From Mobula birostris (taxonomy: Eukaryota), in the NCBI RefSeq assembly GCF_030028105.1, contig NC_092375.1:26883130-26947129 (forward strand): 64,000 bases of DNA, read 5' to 3'. The notes below the pieces were generated by a model. The model was given only the letters and a program-made list of their open reading frames with translations. It did not search any database and was not told the DNA's origin. Positions 26,377-40,400 of the stretch are shown here, in pieces. Within the stretch, counting starts at the first letter, position 1. The number at the start of each line of letters is the position of its first letter. The position numbers and the translations under genes are program-made.

Positions 26377-26793
26377 TGAAAGCCGGTAACTTTAATGATG
26401 GGAATGTTAATTTATTCATGTAATTATTTTTTTAGAATTGCAGCATAGGAGCACATTACTTGGAGAAGGCCATTCACTCAGATTATGGTATATTTTTAGT
26501 TTAATGCCACTTTATTCACAGTTTCTCCATGTCACATGATGCCTTTACCTGTCTAAAATCTGTCAATTTTAATCCTGATACTTCAAATTATCCTTTTGAG
26601 CAGAAAGAGGAACACAAAAAGATCAGCACAATATTGTGGGCCAAAGGCCCTGTATTGTGATGCTAAATCTGAAATTTTACTTAGAAATGTGTTTCAGCAT
26701 TTCCTTTCTTTATCATATTTATCTCATTCTAAATCTTTCTTCCATCTGCCAAGCCAAGGAATATTTACTGTATTCAGGAAGTAAGTTCACATC

Positions 26794-27130
26794 AATAAAT
26801 TCTCTTTGCTGTGGTATTTAAACTGCAATAATTCCATCCTGAAGAATACTGCATGTAAGGAAAAAAAATGGTGAATTTAATAAGAGCTATTTGCTTATTG
26901 TAATGATCATCAAATCTACTGATTTTTTTTAAAATAAAGGCTTAATAAAGCCTTAATTTTTGTGGCATAAAGTACATTAAACCACAAAAAATTGAAATGG
27001 TTAGAATTCATTATGCTGTACAAATAGTACTATGTAGGAACAGTTTTTTTCTGGAACTTGTTCACTTCTGAAATTGTTTTTTGTAATTCTCAACAAATAA
27101 AGTCTGTATGATTTTTTTTGCTGATGTATT
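26794..27130 (+). terminator. Candidate DNAJC28 polyadenylation signals
   Basis: AATAAA at 26794, 26933, 26944 and 27096, the last followed by a T-rich tract. The site actually used cannot be determined from sequence. Confidence 0.45.
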
Positions 27131-28079
27131 TAATCAAAATTATGTACCTCTACTGTAGTTTTCTTGATTGGTAGAGTGCTTCTGCATTTCTCGGTTGAAT
27201 TGGTTCATTAGATAGATAGATACTTTATTGATCCCAAAGGAAATTGCAGTGTCACAAAGCATTACAAGTGCACAGATATACAAATATTAGAAGAGAAGTA
27301 AGAAAGAATAAAAAATAAGAAATAATACTATCGTCACCAATACTGTTACAGTATTTTGCATTCTGTTCGTACAGATCAAATCATTACACTATCCATTAAG
27401 GTAGTACATGATAAACAATAACAATGCAGAATAATGTGTAACGGCTACAGATAAAATGCAGTGCAGGTAAACGATAAGGTGCAAGTTCATTGCAAGGTAA
27501 ATTGTGAGGTCAACATTTCATCTTATTGTACTAGATAGTTTGGAAGCTGTCCTTGAGTTTGGAGGAATGTGCCTTCAGGCTTTTGTATCTTCTCCCCAAT
27601 AGAAGAGGAGAGAAGAGAGAATCTTCCTGGCAGATGTGGTCTTTCATTATGCTGACTACTTTACCCAGGCAGTGAGAGGTATACAGAGTCCACGGAAGGA
27701 AGGCTGTTTTCCATGATGTTATCTGTGATTGTTATCCTCAAATTAGCCTCAAATGTGGCCTCAGCTCTCTTGGATTCATCTCTTATCCCAACTTACCTTT
27801 AAACTTTGTGGACAGTTTTCTAGTTCCATGCACATCCTTGTCACACAATTGAAATTGAATTCTACATCATTACAAACTTCTTGACTTTGATCGGCAATGA
27901 AGTGGTGCTGGGAAGTCAAAGTAATTACTATTTTATTAACTTATTTTGCTTTACATTGATTATTTTGATAATTAGATGGCAATTTCACTGGTTTTAATTA
28001 GTTATACTGTCAGAGTGATAATCTGTGAGCAGGGCACATACTGTATGTTTCAGATCCAGCACACTATTGAGATGAAAGA

Positions 28080-29400
28080 GTCAAAACCAGAAGGGGAGGA
28101 TTAATGTATGCTTGGAAAGGTGAGGATTAATTTAAGATAGACAACATGGCTGTGATAGGGGGAGATCCAATTTGATTGTATTATTGAAGAGATAATTTAT
28201 TGATGAGGGCAATGCATTGCCGAATGGCCTACTTCTGCTCCTTTGTCTTATGGTCTTATTATGTTATCTACATGGACTTCACTATGGTCTTTGACAAGAT
28301 CCCACAGGGGGATTAGAGCAGGCAGACAGCTATGGTGGGATTCAAGACAATTTGTGACCAGTGGTTTTCTCACAGCCATGAATGCTGAGATCAGTTCTTT
28401 GTTTTATACTGTATACATTAACGATATAGGAGATATTAGTAAGTTTCTAGAGGGCACGAAAATTTGTTGAGCTGACGGCAGGATAGTTGAAGGGTACAGT
28501 ATAATATTGACAATGATTCTCTTTGTAAAATGGCCTGGGCAATGGCAGATGGAATTTTAATCCTGAAGTGTGAAGTAATGCACTTTGGGGAGACCAATAT
28601 AAGTTGGGCATACACAACGCCTAGGAAGTACTGAGGAACAGAGAAAATGGTGTATAAGACCAAGGATCACAGGTAGTGTTGCGAAAAAGACATGCAGTTT
28701 ACTTGCCTGCCTTATCCGGGTGACAGAACTTAAAAGCTGCCAATGGTACAACATTATAAAATGTTGGTTAAGCCACAGTTGGGGTATTGAATGTAATTGC
28801 AATTGTGAAGGTGCAGAGGAACTTTACCATCAACTTGCTAGAATGCGGTGTTTTCATCGGCTTTGACTCAAAACGTCAATTGCCACCATCCCTTACTTTT
28901 GGTGCACGAATCATTCTCATAAATTGAATAGGTTAGGACTGTTTTCTGTAGAGCGTAGGGTTTGAGAGGAGATTTGATAGAGGTATCCAAAGCACTTCAG
29001 GATGTATACTGGATACGTTTCTCTGACATTAATTGTAGCTTTGAAACCTTTGAAAATTATGAGGGGGTATGGGTAGGGTAAATGCAAGCAGGCATTTTCC
29101 ACTGAGGTTGGGTGGGACTAAAACCAGAGGTCACAGGTTAAAGGTGAAAGGTGAGAAGTTTAAGGGGAAACTTCCTCACTCAGAGGATTGAGAGTGTGGA
29201 ATGAGCAGCCAGCACAAAGTAGTGCATGCTGGCTTAATTTCAACGTTTAAGAGAAGTTTGGATAGGTACATGGATGGATAGGAGTGATACGGAAGGCTAT
29301 AGTCCTGGTGCAGGTCGATGGGAGTAGGCAGTTTAAATGTTTTCAGCATGGACTAGATGGGCTGAGGGTGTTGTTTCTGTGCCTTATTTCTCTATGGCTC
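28080..29400 (+). mobile_element. Degenerate CR1 LINE fragments
   Basis: Decayed RT motifs (FDKIPH-, WQMEFN-like) and a CR1 3' tail. Confidence 0.7.
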
Positions 29401-30079
29401 TCACATACTACTCTACCAGCTGACTTCCCCCGCAGATTGTTTGTTGCAGTACAAGGATTCGTTTGTTTTCCTTGGAGCGAAAGAGACTTTGGGATGGGGG
29501 ATAGCCTGCTGAAGTATACCATTAGACATGGAAGTGTGATTAAGATACTCAGCCCATTGAATCTGCTCCACCATTTGATCATGGCTGATTTATTATACTT
29601 TATTTAGCCTTCTCCCTGGAACCCTTGACCTCCTTATTAATCAAGAACCTATCAATCTCTACTTTAAATAGATCTAATGATCTGGCCTCCACAACCGTTT
29701 GTGGCAATGAATTCCACGGATTCAAAAGTAAGACACTTTTATCCCCATAGCAGAGATGACGAAACCCTGAAGATATACGCTGAGGATCAGAGGAAGAACT
29801 TTTTTTCAAATAGTCGAACATGGAAAGCACTTCCAGAGTAGGTGGTGGAGGCAGAAACTCTCACGTTTGCTAAGTATCCGGGCAAGAACCTGGAGCGCCG
29901 AGACGTAGAATGCTAAGGACGAAATGGTGCATTTAGTATAGAAATGGGTACTAGAGGGTTAAAATGTTGGCCGAAAAGCTTGTTTTAGTTCTGTACGACT
30001 CAATTTTCCTCATATCATGTTCATCCCATTCTGCCATTTGGCTACCTCTTTTTTTTGCCTGAACCCACGGTCTACGCAT

Positions 30080-30326
30080 TAAATTACGGACATATCCCAA
30101 CCACTCTCCGACTTGCACCGCACGCCCTCCCGATGATTGACATATCAGAAGGCGATTCATGCTGCAGCCAATGACAACTCCTGTTCCATTCGATTCCCGT
30201 TCATGCAAATCAATGAAACATGACAGTGGATTGGTGAGTCCAGTGAGGTATTGTATTTCTATTGGTAGAAGCGGATGCCTGTCACTCGTGCGGGTTGGGC
30301 TTGGCAGCGGCATGCGGAGGCTGAAC
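30080..30326 (+). promoter_or_regulatory. Probable TMEM50B promoter and non-coding exon 1
   Basis: CpG-containing patch with clustered CCAAT/ATTGG boxes (~30168, 30230, 30261) followed by donor aac|GTAAGG at 30327. The next recognisable host exon on + is TMEM50B. Confidence 0.6.
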
Positions 30327-31760
30327 GTAAGGTGGACAGGGAGGTGCTGAAGAGGTTTGTGCGAGATAGGCTTTGCCTCGAGGAGGCCGAGGTCAGGTTC
30401 GTATGGTTATCTTAAGCAATAATCTATCTTTAAATGTTTGTAATGTATTTCTTATGGTCGCTTTCCGAAGTCTGAGGAGAAGGATGCCGAGTGTGAGCTG
30501 TATGTGTGGTTGGTGGTTTGTCTGGGAAGCTGCAGTAACCCTGTGTCCATTCCATAACCGGATGCATCCATCAGTGTTACAACCATGGATGCAAATGTGT
30601 CTTTATTTCATTTGTCTTCGTTATTGGATGAAAAGGTGAATGACTGATGTTGGGCACCGCATTTCCATGTTACTGGCCCAAAGATAATAATGCCTCCTCA
30701 CTCATTAATTTTTAAGATTATGGGGATGGGGTGATGTTGTAGGAAAAGATCTGATTGGCAAGTTCATTTTTATGCTCATCAAGAAATTGTATAAAGACAA
30801 AAAAAAGTATTGTTTTTAAACAAATCAATTAGCACAATACTTAGCACAATTTCTGGAGATGTTTTACTTTTACGTAATCTTTTCTTGCTCTGGTCTGTAG
30901 ATTATGGTCAGTTTATCTTCTGCATCAACGAGAATGCCTGTAACTGTAATAAGGGAAGTTTAGTAATAAATAGCTAGTGTTTGACTTGCTGCTATCCTTG
31001 CAGCGTAAGTACTCCATTGCATTAATGAGGGAGTGTGTTTCAGTTAAGAGAAAATCTTTGGGATGAAAAATTTGGCTGTTTACTTGCATGTTTTTCATGT
31101 AGCATTGTGGTATCCATAAGGACAGTTCTCAGACACAGCTTTTGGAGGTGAAGCTCCAATTCATTGGCCTGTTCAATAAAGCATGAGGTGAAGGGCCTTG
31201 TGTACAGACACTCCTGTATGTAGTGTCATTTTATGGACACACTCAGTTTATGCATATAAACTATCTTGTGTATTTGTATTTATTGTGTTTTTTTTATTGT
31301 GTTCTTCATATGTTTTGGTTGCTGTATTGGATCTGGAGTAGTAATTATCTTGTTCTCTTTTACACCTGTGTACTGGAAATGACATTAAACAATCTTGAGT
31401 CTTGTATTCAGCATCTGCAAAGCAAAGGTGCACAACCTAACTATCCCAATATAGAACTTCCAGTGGTACTAAAGCTGTCTTCTGTACCATGTATGGAACA
31501 AATTATAGCTCTTTCATATGAGTGGAATGTGTTCAAGTCATTCTCAATACTAAGGGATGCTTCAGAAGAAATGGTATGAAAGCAGTACTGCTGAAGAGAG
31601 TGGCTAACGCAAAGAATATAGAAGACAGTTTCAAACATCTTGGCCTTAATGTGGGATTGTTTCTTAACTTTGTTCTTCAAGCAAGTTTGGTCCAGAATTT
31701 AGAATGTGACATCTTGAAAAGGGTGGAAGGGGATAGAACAAATATACTGTAGTTCCTCAA

Positions 31761-31975
31761 CACACATCAAATTTGCTGGTGAACACAGCAGGCCAGGCAG
31801 CATCTCTAGGAAGAAATACAGTCGGCATTTCCGGCCGAGACCCAGGTTTCGGGTCTCAGCCTGATACGTCGACTGTACCTCTTCCTAGAGATGCTGCCTG
31901 GCCTGCTGCGTTCACCAGCAACTTTGATGTGTGTTGCTTGAATTTCCAGCATCTGCAGAATTCCTTGTGTTTGCG
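31761..31975. mobile_element. Fold-back PLE 3'-end insertion
   Basis: Inverted arms meeting near 31845. 16-bp TSD tactgtagttcctcaa at 31745-31760 and 31976-31991. Confidence 0.88.
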
Positions 31976-34154
31976 TACTGTAGTTCCTCAATTTTATGAC
32001 ATGTCTTCTCACTATGGCTGAACAATATGAAAGTTGCTCCATCAGTAATGTGAATCTAATATGGAGAAGTGCCTTTTGTAGTGGCAAAGGTTAAAATTGT
32101 GTTTATTATCAAAGCATATATGTAGTGTATATCCCTGAGATTTGTCTTCAACCTTCAGTCCAAAGTTTCAAAATTGAGTTTTGAGATGTATTTCCTTCAT
32201 TAGAAAAAAATAATGTAGAATTAGTTGCAGTTTATTTAAGAAAAAAATAACTCATCCAATATTTTCTGAAGCTTGCTGCTGCTTCTCAGTGGCCTGTTAA
32301 GAGCTCACTCTGTAATTAAATATAAAACCAAATATTACAACATTTTGAGTTCAGTTAAAAGAAGCACAAATTTCAAATAGAAATATATAAATTTCAGTGT
32401 AAGCCATTAGTAAAAAGCAATGTTATGTACTTTAGAATTTGAATCAAATTAAAAGACCGCAAGAATTTCTTTGCATTTATTAACGTTCATGTATTTGTCT
32501 CTTTCTCTGTTAGATGATTTGTGAAACCTTGCACTTGCAAAGAGTTCCACTCTGTGTTGATTATTGCTCAGATTAGATGGGCTAGGGATCTACCTGGAAT
32601 TTCCTGTGACTTCATAGGAGCTGTAATTGATCAGATTTGGCAATTTTTCGGGAAAGAGGTGGGTTATGGTAAGCCTGCAATCTCAGCTCCACCACTTGCT
32701 AAAATTAAATGCTTTATTTTTGTTTTTTTAAAAAATAAAGGAGAAGGAATATTTTGGGCAGACAGCTGGGCAATCCTGTTTGTAAGAAAATCCCGTGCTT
32801 TGCTACTGATCCCTCAAATGTTTCTCTCCAAGATTCCAGATTTAAGATTATTTACTGTAATTCCCAGTACACAATTGTAAAGAAGAACAAAATACTTGTT
32901 ACTCTGGCTCCAATGCAACACAGAAAAAAGACCAATATGATAAGGAACACAATAATATAAAATGACAAAATAAATGTAAATGCATAAGATGGCTTATATG
33001 CATAGATTGTATATCCGTAAAGTGTGCTAGGCACAGGAATGTCTGTACATAAGGAGACTGACAGGAAATGATAAAATAGTGGTGGCTGTGGGTGTGGAGG
33101 GGTGGGTTAGTGGATGGAGGTGTTGATTAGCCTTACTGTTTAGGGAAAGCTCCAAAAACACATTCAACTTTTTTCTTAATGCCCCTTTTGTGCAGTCTTC
33201 TCTATTTCATGACAATGGTGTCCTTTAAAATACTTCCACCTGCCCTTTTATATCATGGAAGTTGGAGAAAAATTGGCATGTGCAAAAGCTGTAACCATGT
33301 ATTTGGCTAAATTGGTAGCATCTATGTTTCTACATTAGAAGGTAAAAATTATGTATTCCAAACTATGGCTAAAATACAAATGTTATTGATGTTCTGCAAT
33401 ACTGACTAATAGTTGAACAATTGAATCTCTGATCATTCAAATGAGGTGTGACATAGATCTGTCTAATGCTAAGATGGATATAGTGGGGAAAATACTTGCG
33501 TTGATCTGGAAGGTTAGAAGAAGCCAGTAGGTGTTGAATCTATCTTAGGATTTTTGGAGAATTCCTACACTGGGCAATATGGATTTCTAAGCAGAGCATG
33601 GATAAGGAAGCAATTTTTGATGCTGTGATACCAAAAAAATGTTTTCAATTTTTATGTGTATTTTTGGAATGGATTAGTGAGAAGAGGCTTAACACCCAGA
33701 GCCAAATGTCAAGGGATAGCATTCCATTTTCATTGAGAATGCTCAGAGATTTCTGTTTTCATCTGTCAAAGAGCCAAGATGCCCCTTTGATAAATCCTTG
33801 GGATTTTAATTGGTATTTGAAAGCATATTTAATCACACATTAGTGAATTGGTGAAATGCTCTTTTACAGCATCCAAATATCTACTGGCACGAATCAGTGA
33901 AAAGTTTAGATTTACTCCTTGGATGTACTGCGTAACGGTATGGAACTTAGTGTCCATGCAAGAGGTATTCACACACACAATGCTGGAGAAACTCAGCAGG
34001 TCAGGCAGCATTATGAAAATGAATTCTGAAAAGGTATTCATATTTTATCTGTTATTTATAATCATCAGTGAAGAAAGAAATGAACAAAAGATTAATTTTA
34101 AATTTGTTCATTTTTGCATGCCTACATATTTTGAAGAATAAGTTTTTTTAAAAA

Positions 34155-34880
34155 AGTTCAAGTTCGAAGTAAATTTCATTATCAGAGTATATACACGTCA
34201 TCACATACGACCCTGAGATTCTTTTTCTTGCGGGAATACTCAGCAAATCTATAGAACAGTAACTGTAAACAGGATCAGTGAAAGAGCAAGAGCATAGAAG
34301 GTGACAAACTGCAAATGTTAATAAATAAATAGCAGTAGAAAAAGAGAACATGAAATAACAAGATAGAGTCCTTAAGTGAGATCATTGGTTATGAGAACAT
34401 GTCAATAGATGAGTGTAGTTTTCCTCTTTTGTTCAAGAGCTTGATGGTTGAGGGGTAGTAACTGTTTTGAACCTAGTGGTGCAAGTCCTGAGGCATTTGT
34501 ACCAGCAGTGAGAAAAGAGTATGGCTTGGGTGGTGAGGATCTTTGATGGATACTGCTGTCTTACAGCGGTGTTTCATGTAGATGTACTCAATGGTTGGGA
34601 GGGCTTTACCATGATGTACTGGGCCAAATCCACTACCTTTTGTAGGACTTATCACTCGAAAGCATTGGTGCCATGATGCAGCCAGGCAATATACTTTACA
34701 CTACACATCGAGAGAAGTTTAAGGATTTTGATGACATGCCGAATCTCTGCAGAAGCCTAAAGAAGTAGAGGTGCTGTCGTGGTTTCTTTGCAATTACATT
34801 TATATGATGGGTCTAGGACAGGTCCTCTGCAATATTGACACTCAAGAATTGAAAGTTACTGACCCTTTCCACCTCTGATC
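34155..34880 (-). mobile_element. Rex1/Babar LINE 3' fragment
   Basis: Colinear with 21710-22450. Confidence 0.8.
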
Positions 34881-37800
34881 AGCCAATGAGTTCCTCTAGC
34901 ATTTTGTGTGTGTTGCTTGGCATTCCCCAACATCTGTAGAGTCTCTAGGTCTGAGCTGTCTTCTAACAGGAAATGGGGGAATGAGGATGTCATTTGGCTC
35001 CTTGAGGTAACTGTAATGCAACTAGAGGAGATAAGCAACTTTGATAACTGTCCAAAAGGATTTGAAGATAGGCAAGTGATTTTCAAAATTGAGAGTCAAA
35101 GTAATCTGTATTGAAGGTAATAGGTGAATGGAGTTTGACATTTGCGGCAGACTTTTGAGCAAGTTTACAGAGGGTAGAATGAGGGAGGCATTGGGAGTGC
35201 ATTGGAATAGTAAACAGTAGAGGTAATAAATATAGACAAGCATTTTAGCAGCAGATGAGCTGACCAGCTACAAATGTGATGTAACAACTGTGGAACTAAG
35301 TGGTCTTTCATTGGCACCAAGTATATGGGCTGAAGTCTTATTGTATGAGTAAATATACCAAGGTTGTAAATAGTCCAAGTCGCTTCACACTGTCAGATAG
35401 AGACCGGGCTTAGGGGAAAAGACTTGTAGTTTTCCCTTTTCTAGGCTAATACTTGATATTGGGAGGATTGTCTTATAAGGAAAGTAGACGTCATATTCTG
35501 CAACTACTAGATTTTGGGGAGAGATGGGAATTGACTGAAACTAAGATCCTGTGATCAGAACGAGTGATCTGTGATCTGTCCTGCTGAGGGGTCTCGGCCC
35601 AAAACAACTGTACTTTTTTTCCCAGATGCTACCTGGCCTGCTGAGTTCCTCCAGCATTTTGTGTGTGTTGCTTGGATTTCCAGCATCTGCAGATTTTCTC
35701 TTGTTTGTGATCCTAACGAGTTGTCCATTTTGTTTCTTTAGGTAGTGAGTCTTTGGAATTTTACTTTCATTCCTTTATTTTAGGAAGAGAGTCTTTCTGT
35801 ATTTTAACATAAAGGTTGATAGTGTCTTGGTAAGCAAGGGGATATATGGGTACTTGCATTAAATGAAATTGTGGTATTCAACTTGCAATCAATCACCCAC
35901 GATCTCATCAAATAGTGCAGGAAACCCAAGGGTTCAGTTGCTCCTTTTTCGGATTTTTAGTTGAAGACCAATTTGCTGCGGTTAAGTTGTTTGTCTGACA
36001 TATCTTGATGGTGGGAGAGTGGAGAGGTGGTGGTTAAAAATCATCAGCAAGCAGTTGGAAAATGCAGCTGTTCCCTGGTGTTGCCATGGGGTGGCATATA
36101 ACTGAGAAATGGGAAGGGAATCAAGAGTGGTTTTCTTGAAGGGCAATTGGGTGTAAACATTGGAAGAGGTTAATTGCAGATATTTCTTTCACTACTGCCA
36201 GATAGATAATGGAGCCAGGTGACTACAGGACTGTTGACTCACAGTTTCTGTTCAGGAAACTTCAGTTTCCTATGCTTGGAGTCAGGATTTACGTGCTCAT
36301 AAATATATCTACATTAAAGGCACATTTTTAAAAATTGTTTTATTTGTCTTGCACATGATGTTGATTTTTCATTTTCCCAAACCCATTCCCCAATCTGTGT
36401 TGAGAATGTTAAAAGTAGTTATGGCTGAAGGAAAAGTGTTGGCCATTGTGAGCTGAACAAAGAAATTTCTTTTACACAGGGGTCAGAATGCAGATATCCA
36501 GCCTTCTGTTGTATTCGAGGCTGAGATAGCTTTTAGCCTCAAGGGACATCGAGATAAGGGATTATTCAAATACATTGATTTTTATGAACTGCTGTGGTAG
36601 GAAAAACATGCCAAATGGTCTGCGCTTAACAATAATGTATATGTTGTTGCTTCCCCGGAACCGTGTACAAACTTTGATTATGTACATGAATCTCCTTATT
36701 AGTACAAAGTTTACAGTTTTACCTCTTTCTGATCTGAATAAATGATTTTAAAAAAATGCTGTTGAATAAGAATCAATATAAATCTAAAAGTCGCAGGTCT
36801 GAACAGGAAGTAGAGATTTCTGCGCACACCCTGCCCTTTGTTGCTACTTGTTGTGATTATTCATTTTTTCCTTATGCTGAAGAGTAACTTGAACATCTTC
36901 CAGAACTGGTTCAATAGACTGCATTATAGATGGTCATTGGGCGTTCATGACAGGATACATGAGGAAAGATGTAATCGTGTTTTTAAAATAAGTGATTGGA
37001 ATTATTACCTAATTGTTAGCATTCTGATCTACCTCTTCCTTCTGCCCCCAATGAATTATTCTCAATATTTTTCAAAAAATTGTCCAGTACATTTTTTAAA
37101 CAATTTTTTCCCACACTTTTTCAATTTCTATGGTGCAAAACTCTTAGACACGCTAGATTTTTTAATATGGTTTCAGATGGTGTGGTCTGCACAAAGCCCT
37201 GATCTCAACATTGAGGTTTGGGATTACCTGGAGAGACAGTAGCAAGTGAGTTAGCCAGAAGTCTGCTGAAGAACTGTGGCAAGTTCTCCAAGATGCTTAG
37301 AACAACCTTCCAGCCAATTTTCTTATAAAACTGCATGACAGTGTACCTAAGACCGGAAGACATAGGAGCAGAATTAGGGCATTCAAACCCTCAAGTCTGC
37401 TCCGCTACTTCATCATGGCGGATTCATTTCCCCCTCAACCCATTCTCCTGCCTTCTTCACGAAACCTTTTATGCCCTGACTAATCAAGAGCTTATTAACC
37501 TCTGCCTTAAATACACCCAATGACTCAGCCTCCACAGCCACCTGTAGCAGCAAATTCCACAGAATCACCACCCTCCTGTTTAAAGAAATTCCTCCTCATC
37601 TCCATTCTAAATGAATGTTCCTCTTTTCTGAGGCTGTGCCCTCTGGTCCTAGACTCTCCACCATAGGACACATCCTCTCCACATCCACTCTTATCTAGGC
37701 CTATCAGCATTTGATAGGTTTCAATGAAATACCCCCCCCATCATTCTTCTAAATTCTAGCAAGTAAAGGCTGAGAGCCATCAGTTGCTCCTCGTACGATA

Positions 37801-37900
37801 AACCTTTCATTTGCAGAATCAATCTCGTGAACCTCCTCTGAAACCTCTCCAATTTCAGCACATCCTTTCTTAAATATGAGGCCCAAAACTACTCACAATG

Positions 37901-39503
37901 CAGGTGTCCCCCACTTTTCGAACGTTCGCTTTACGAAACCTCCCTGTTACAAAAGACCTATATTAGTACCCTGTTTTCGCTTTCAGAAGGTGTTTTCACT
38001 GTTACAAAGAAAGGCAGCGCGCGATAAAAAATCAGTACTCAATAAAAGGCAGCGTGCGCCCCGAGCAGCTGCTCTCCCCTGGATTCAGCATGGCATTGCT
38101 TAATCAGGTTGCATTGAGCAGCCGTTAGCAAGATGAGTTCTAAGGTGTCGGAAAAACCTGAAAGAGCTTGTAAGGGTGTTACACTTAGCGTAAAACTAGA
38201 CATAAGCATTTCGATCATGGTGGACGAAGCAAGGACAAAGTGAGTTTGGCTTGTGGAAGCTGACGAAGATGATGTTGAAGAGGTTTTGGCATCCCATGAC
38301 CAAGAACTGGTAGATGGAGAGCTGATGCAGTTGGAAGAGGAAAGGATAACAATCGAAACCGACTGCAGTAGCAAAAGTGAAGCAACTGCGTGAGATTTTC
38401 GCTGCAATGATAAAGTACGACTTTAATTTTGAAAGAGTATGTCGGTTTAGGCGATATTTGCAGGATGGTTTGAGTCCTTACAAAGAACTGTATGATAGAA
38501 AAATGCGGGAGGCTCAGCAGTCAAGCAAGCCTTCCACATCAGCCACAGCAGATGATGAACCTCGACCTTTGACGTCGAGGTGGGCAGTCATAGGAGAAGA
38601 TGAGCTGCCTGCCCTGATTGACGATGAGATGACACCCCTGTGTCGCACCACCCCAACCCCCGGGCCCTGGACAGATACTGTACCGATTCGCGGAGAATGC
38701 AGCGGTAGCCGGGAGGCACACAGCACATCTTTAAGAAAAAAGCCAAAATAAACATGCTAATTAATTAGGTGCTGCCTAGCACGTAATTGTCGGCCCAGAT
38801 CAGAGGCGATGCAATCGGTAATTGCCTCTGATCTGCGCCGACATTTATGTGCCTTGCAGCACCTAATTAATTAGCATGTTTATTTTGGCTTTTTTCTTAA
38901 AGATGTGCTGTGTGCCTCCTGGCTACCACTGCGTTCTTCACGGCAATGTATCGGGTCGGCGGCCCAGAGGGTGGGGGCCACTGCGCCACCTCAACCTGTG
39001 ACGACTCAGTCTAACACACCATCATCAGTGTGCTCGGCGCTGTTTTCCCAATTCTGGTAAGTGATACTACACTGTACATACATTATTTCTACTTTATATA
39101 GGCTGTGTATTTTTACGTGTTATCTGGTAGATTTGGCAGCTTCATAGTTTAAAGGTTACTGGAGAGAGTGTTTTTACCAACAGCACTTGCATGAGATTTT
39201 CTGCCGAGAGCGCTAGCGTGAGATTTTCGCTTTGGAGATCTGTGCAGGCAATCGTTGTAGAGAAGTATTTCTACTTCATATAGGCTGTGTATTTATCATA
39301 TCATTCCTGCTTTTACTACATGTTACTGTTATTTTAGGTTTTATGTGTTATTTGGCATGATTTGGTAGGTTATTTTTGGGTCTGCGAATGCTCACAAAAT
39401 TTTCCCATATAAAAAAATGGTAATTGCTTCTTCACTTCACGACATTCCGGCTTACGAACCGTTTCATAGGAATGCTCTACCTTCGGATGGCGGGGGAAAC
39501 CTG
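37901..39503 (+). mobile_element. Tigger/pogo-like non-autonomous DNA transposon
   Basis: TIR-like ends caggtgtccccc...gggggaaacctg|ta. Remnant EDDVEEVLASHDQELVDGELMQLEEE resembles Tigger transposase C-termini. Inserted at a TA of the CR1 host. Confidence 0.75.
38650..38985. repeat. Long inverted repeat (hairpin) inside the Tigger-like element
   Basis: Arms gggaggcacacagcacatctttaagaaaaaagccaaaataaacatgctaattaattaggtgctg and its reverse complement, centred near 38815. Confidence 0.9.
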
Positions 39504-40090
39504 TATTCCAAATGAGGCTTCACCAGTACATTATAAAGCCTCAGCATTATTTCGCAAACAACAGGAATTCTGCAGATGCTGGAAATTCAAGCAACACACA
39601 TCAAAGTTGCTGGTGAACGCAGCAGGCCAAGCAGCATCCGTAGGAAGAGGTGCAGTCGGCGTTTTAGGCCGAGACCCTTCGTCAGGACTAACTGAAGGAA
39701 GAGTGAGTAAGAGATTTGAGAGGGGGAGGGGGAGATCCAAAATGATAGGAGAAGACAGGAGGGGGAGGGATAGAGCCAAGAGCTGGACAGGTGATAGGCA
39801 AAAGGGGATACGAGAGGATCATGGGACAGGAGGTCCGGGAAGAAAGACAAGGGGGGGGGACCCAGAGGATGGGCAAGAGGTATATTCAGAGGGAGAAAAA
39901 GGAGAGTGAGAGAAAGAATGTGTGCATAAAAATAAGTAACAGATGGGGTACGAGGGGGAAGTGGGGCCTAGCGGAAGTTAGAGAAGTCGATGTTCATGCC
40001 ATCAGGTTGGAGGCTACCCAGACAGAATATAAGGTGTTGTTCCTCCAACCTGGTGTGGCTTCATCTTTACAGTAGAGGAGGCCGTGGATA

Positions 40091-40400
40091 GACATGTCAG
40101 AATGGGAATGGGATGTGGAATTAAAATGTGTGGCCACTGGGAGATCCTGCTTTCTCTGGCGGACAGAGGACATGTCAGAATGGGAATGGGATCTGGAATT
40201 AAAATGTGTGGCCACTGGGAGATCCTGCTTTCTCTGGTGGACAGAGACATGTCAGAATGGGAATGGGATCTGGAATTAAAATGTGTGGCCACTGGGAGAT
40301 CCTGCTTTCTCTGGTGGACAGAGACATGTCAGAATGGGAATGGGATGTGGAATTAAAATGTGTGGCCACTGGGAGATCCTGCTTTCTCTGGCGGACAGAG
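40091..40400. repeat. Four tandem copies of a 77-78 bp unit at the inversion junction
   Basis: The unit gacatgtcagaatgggaatgggat(g/c)tggaattaaaatgtgtggccactgggagatcctgctttctctgg(c/t)ggacaga starts at ~40091, 40169, 40246 and 40323. Confidence 0.92.

Noticed and set aside
40091-40400. CRISPR-like array
   Set aside because: The units are contiguous near-identical 77-78 bp copies with no unique spacers, there are no cas genes, the context is eukaryotic, and the unit is PLE coding sequence.
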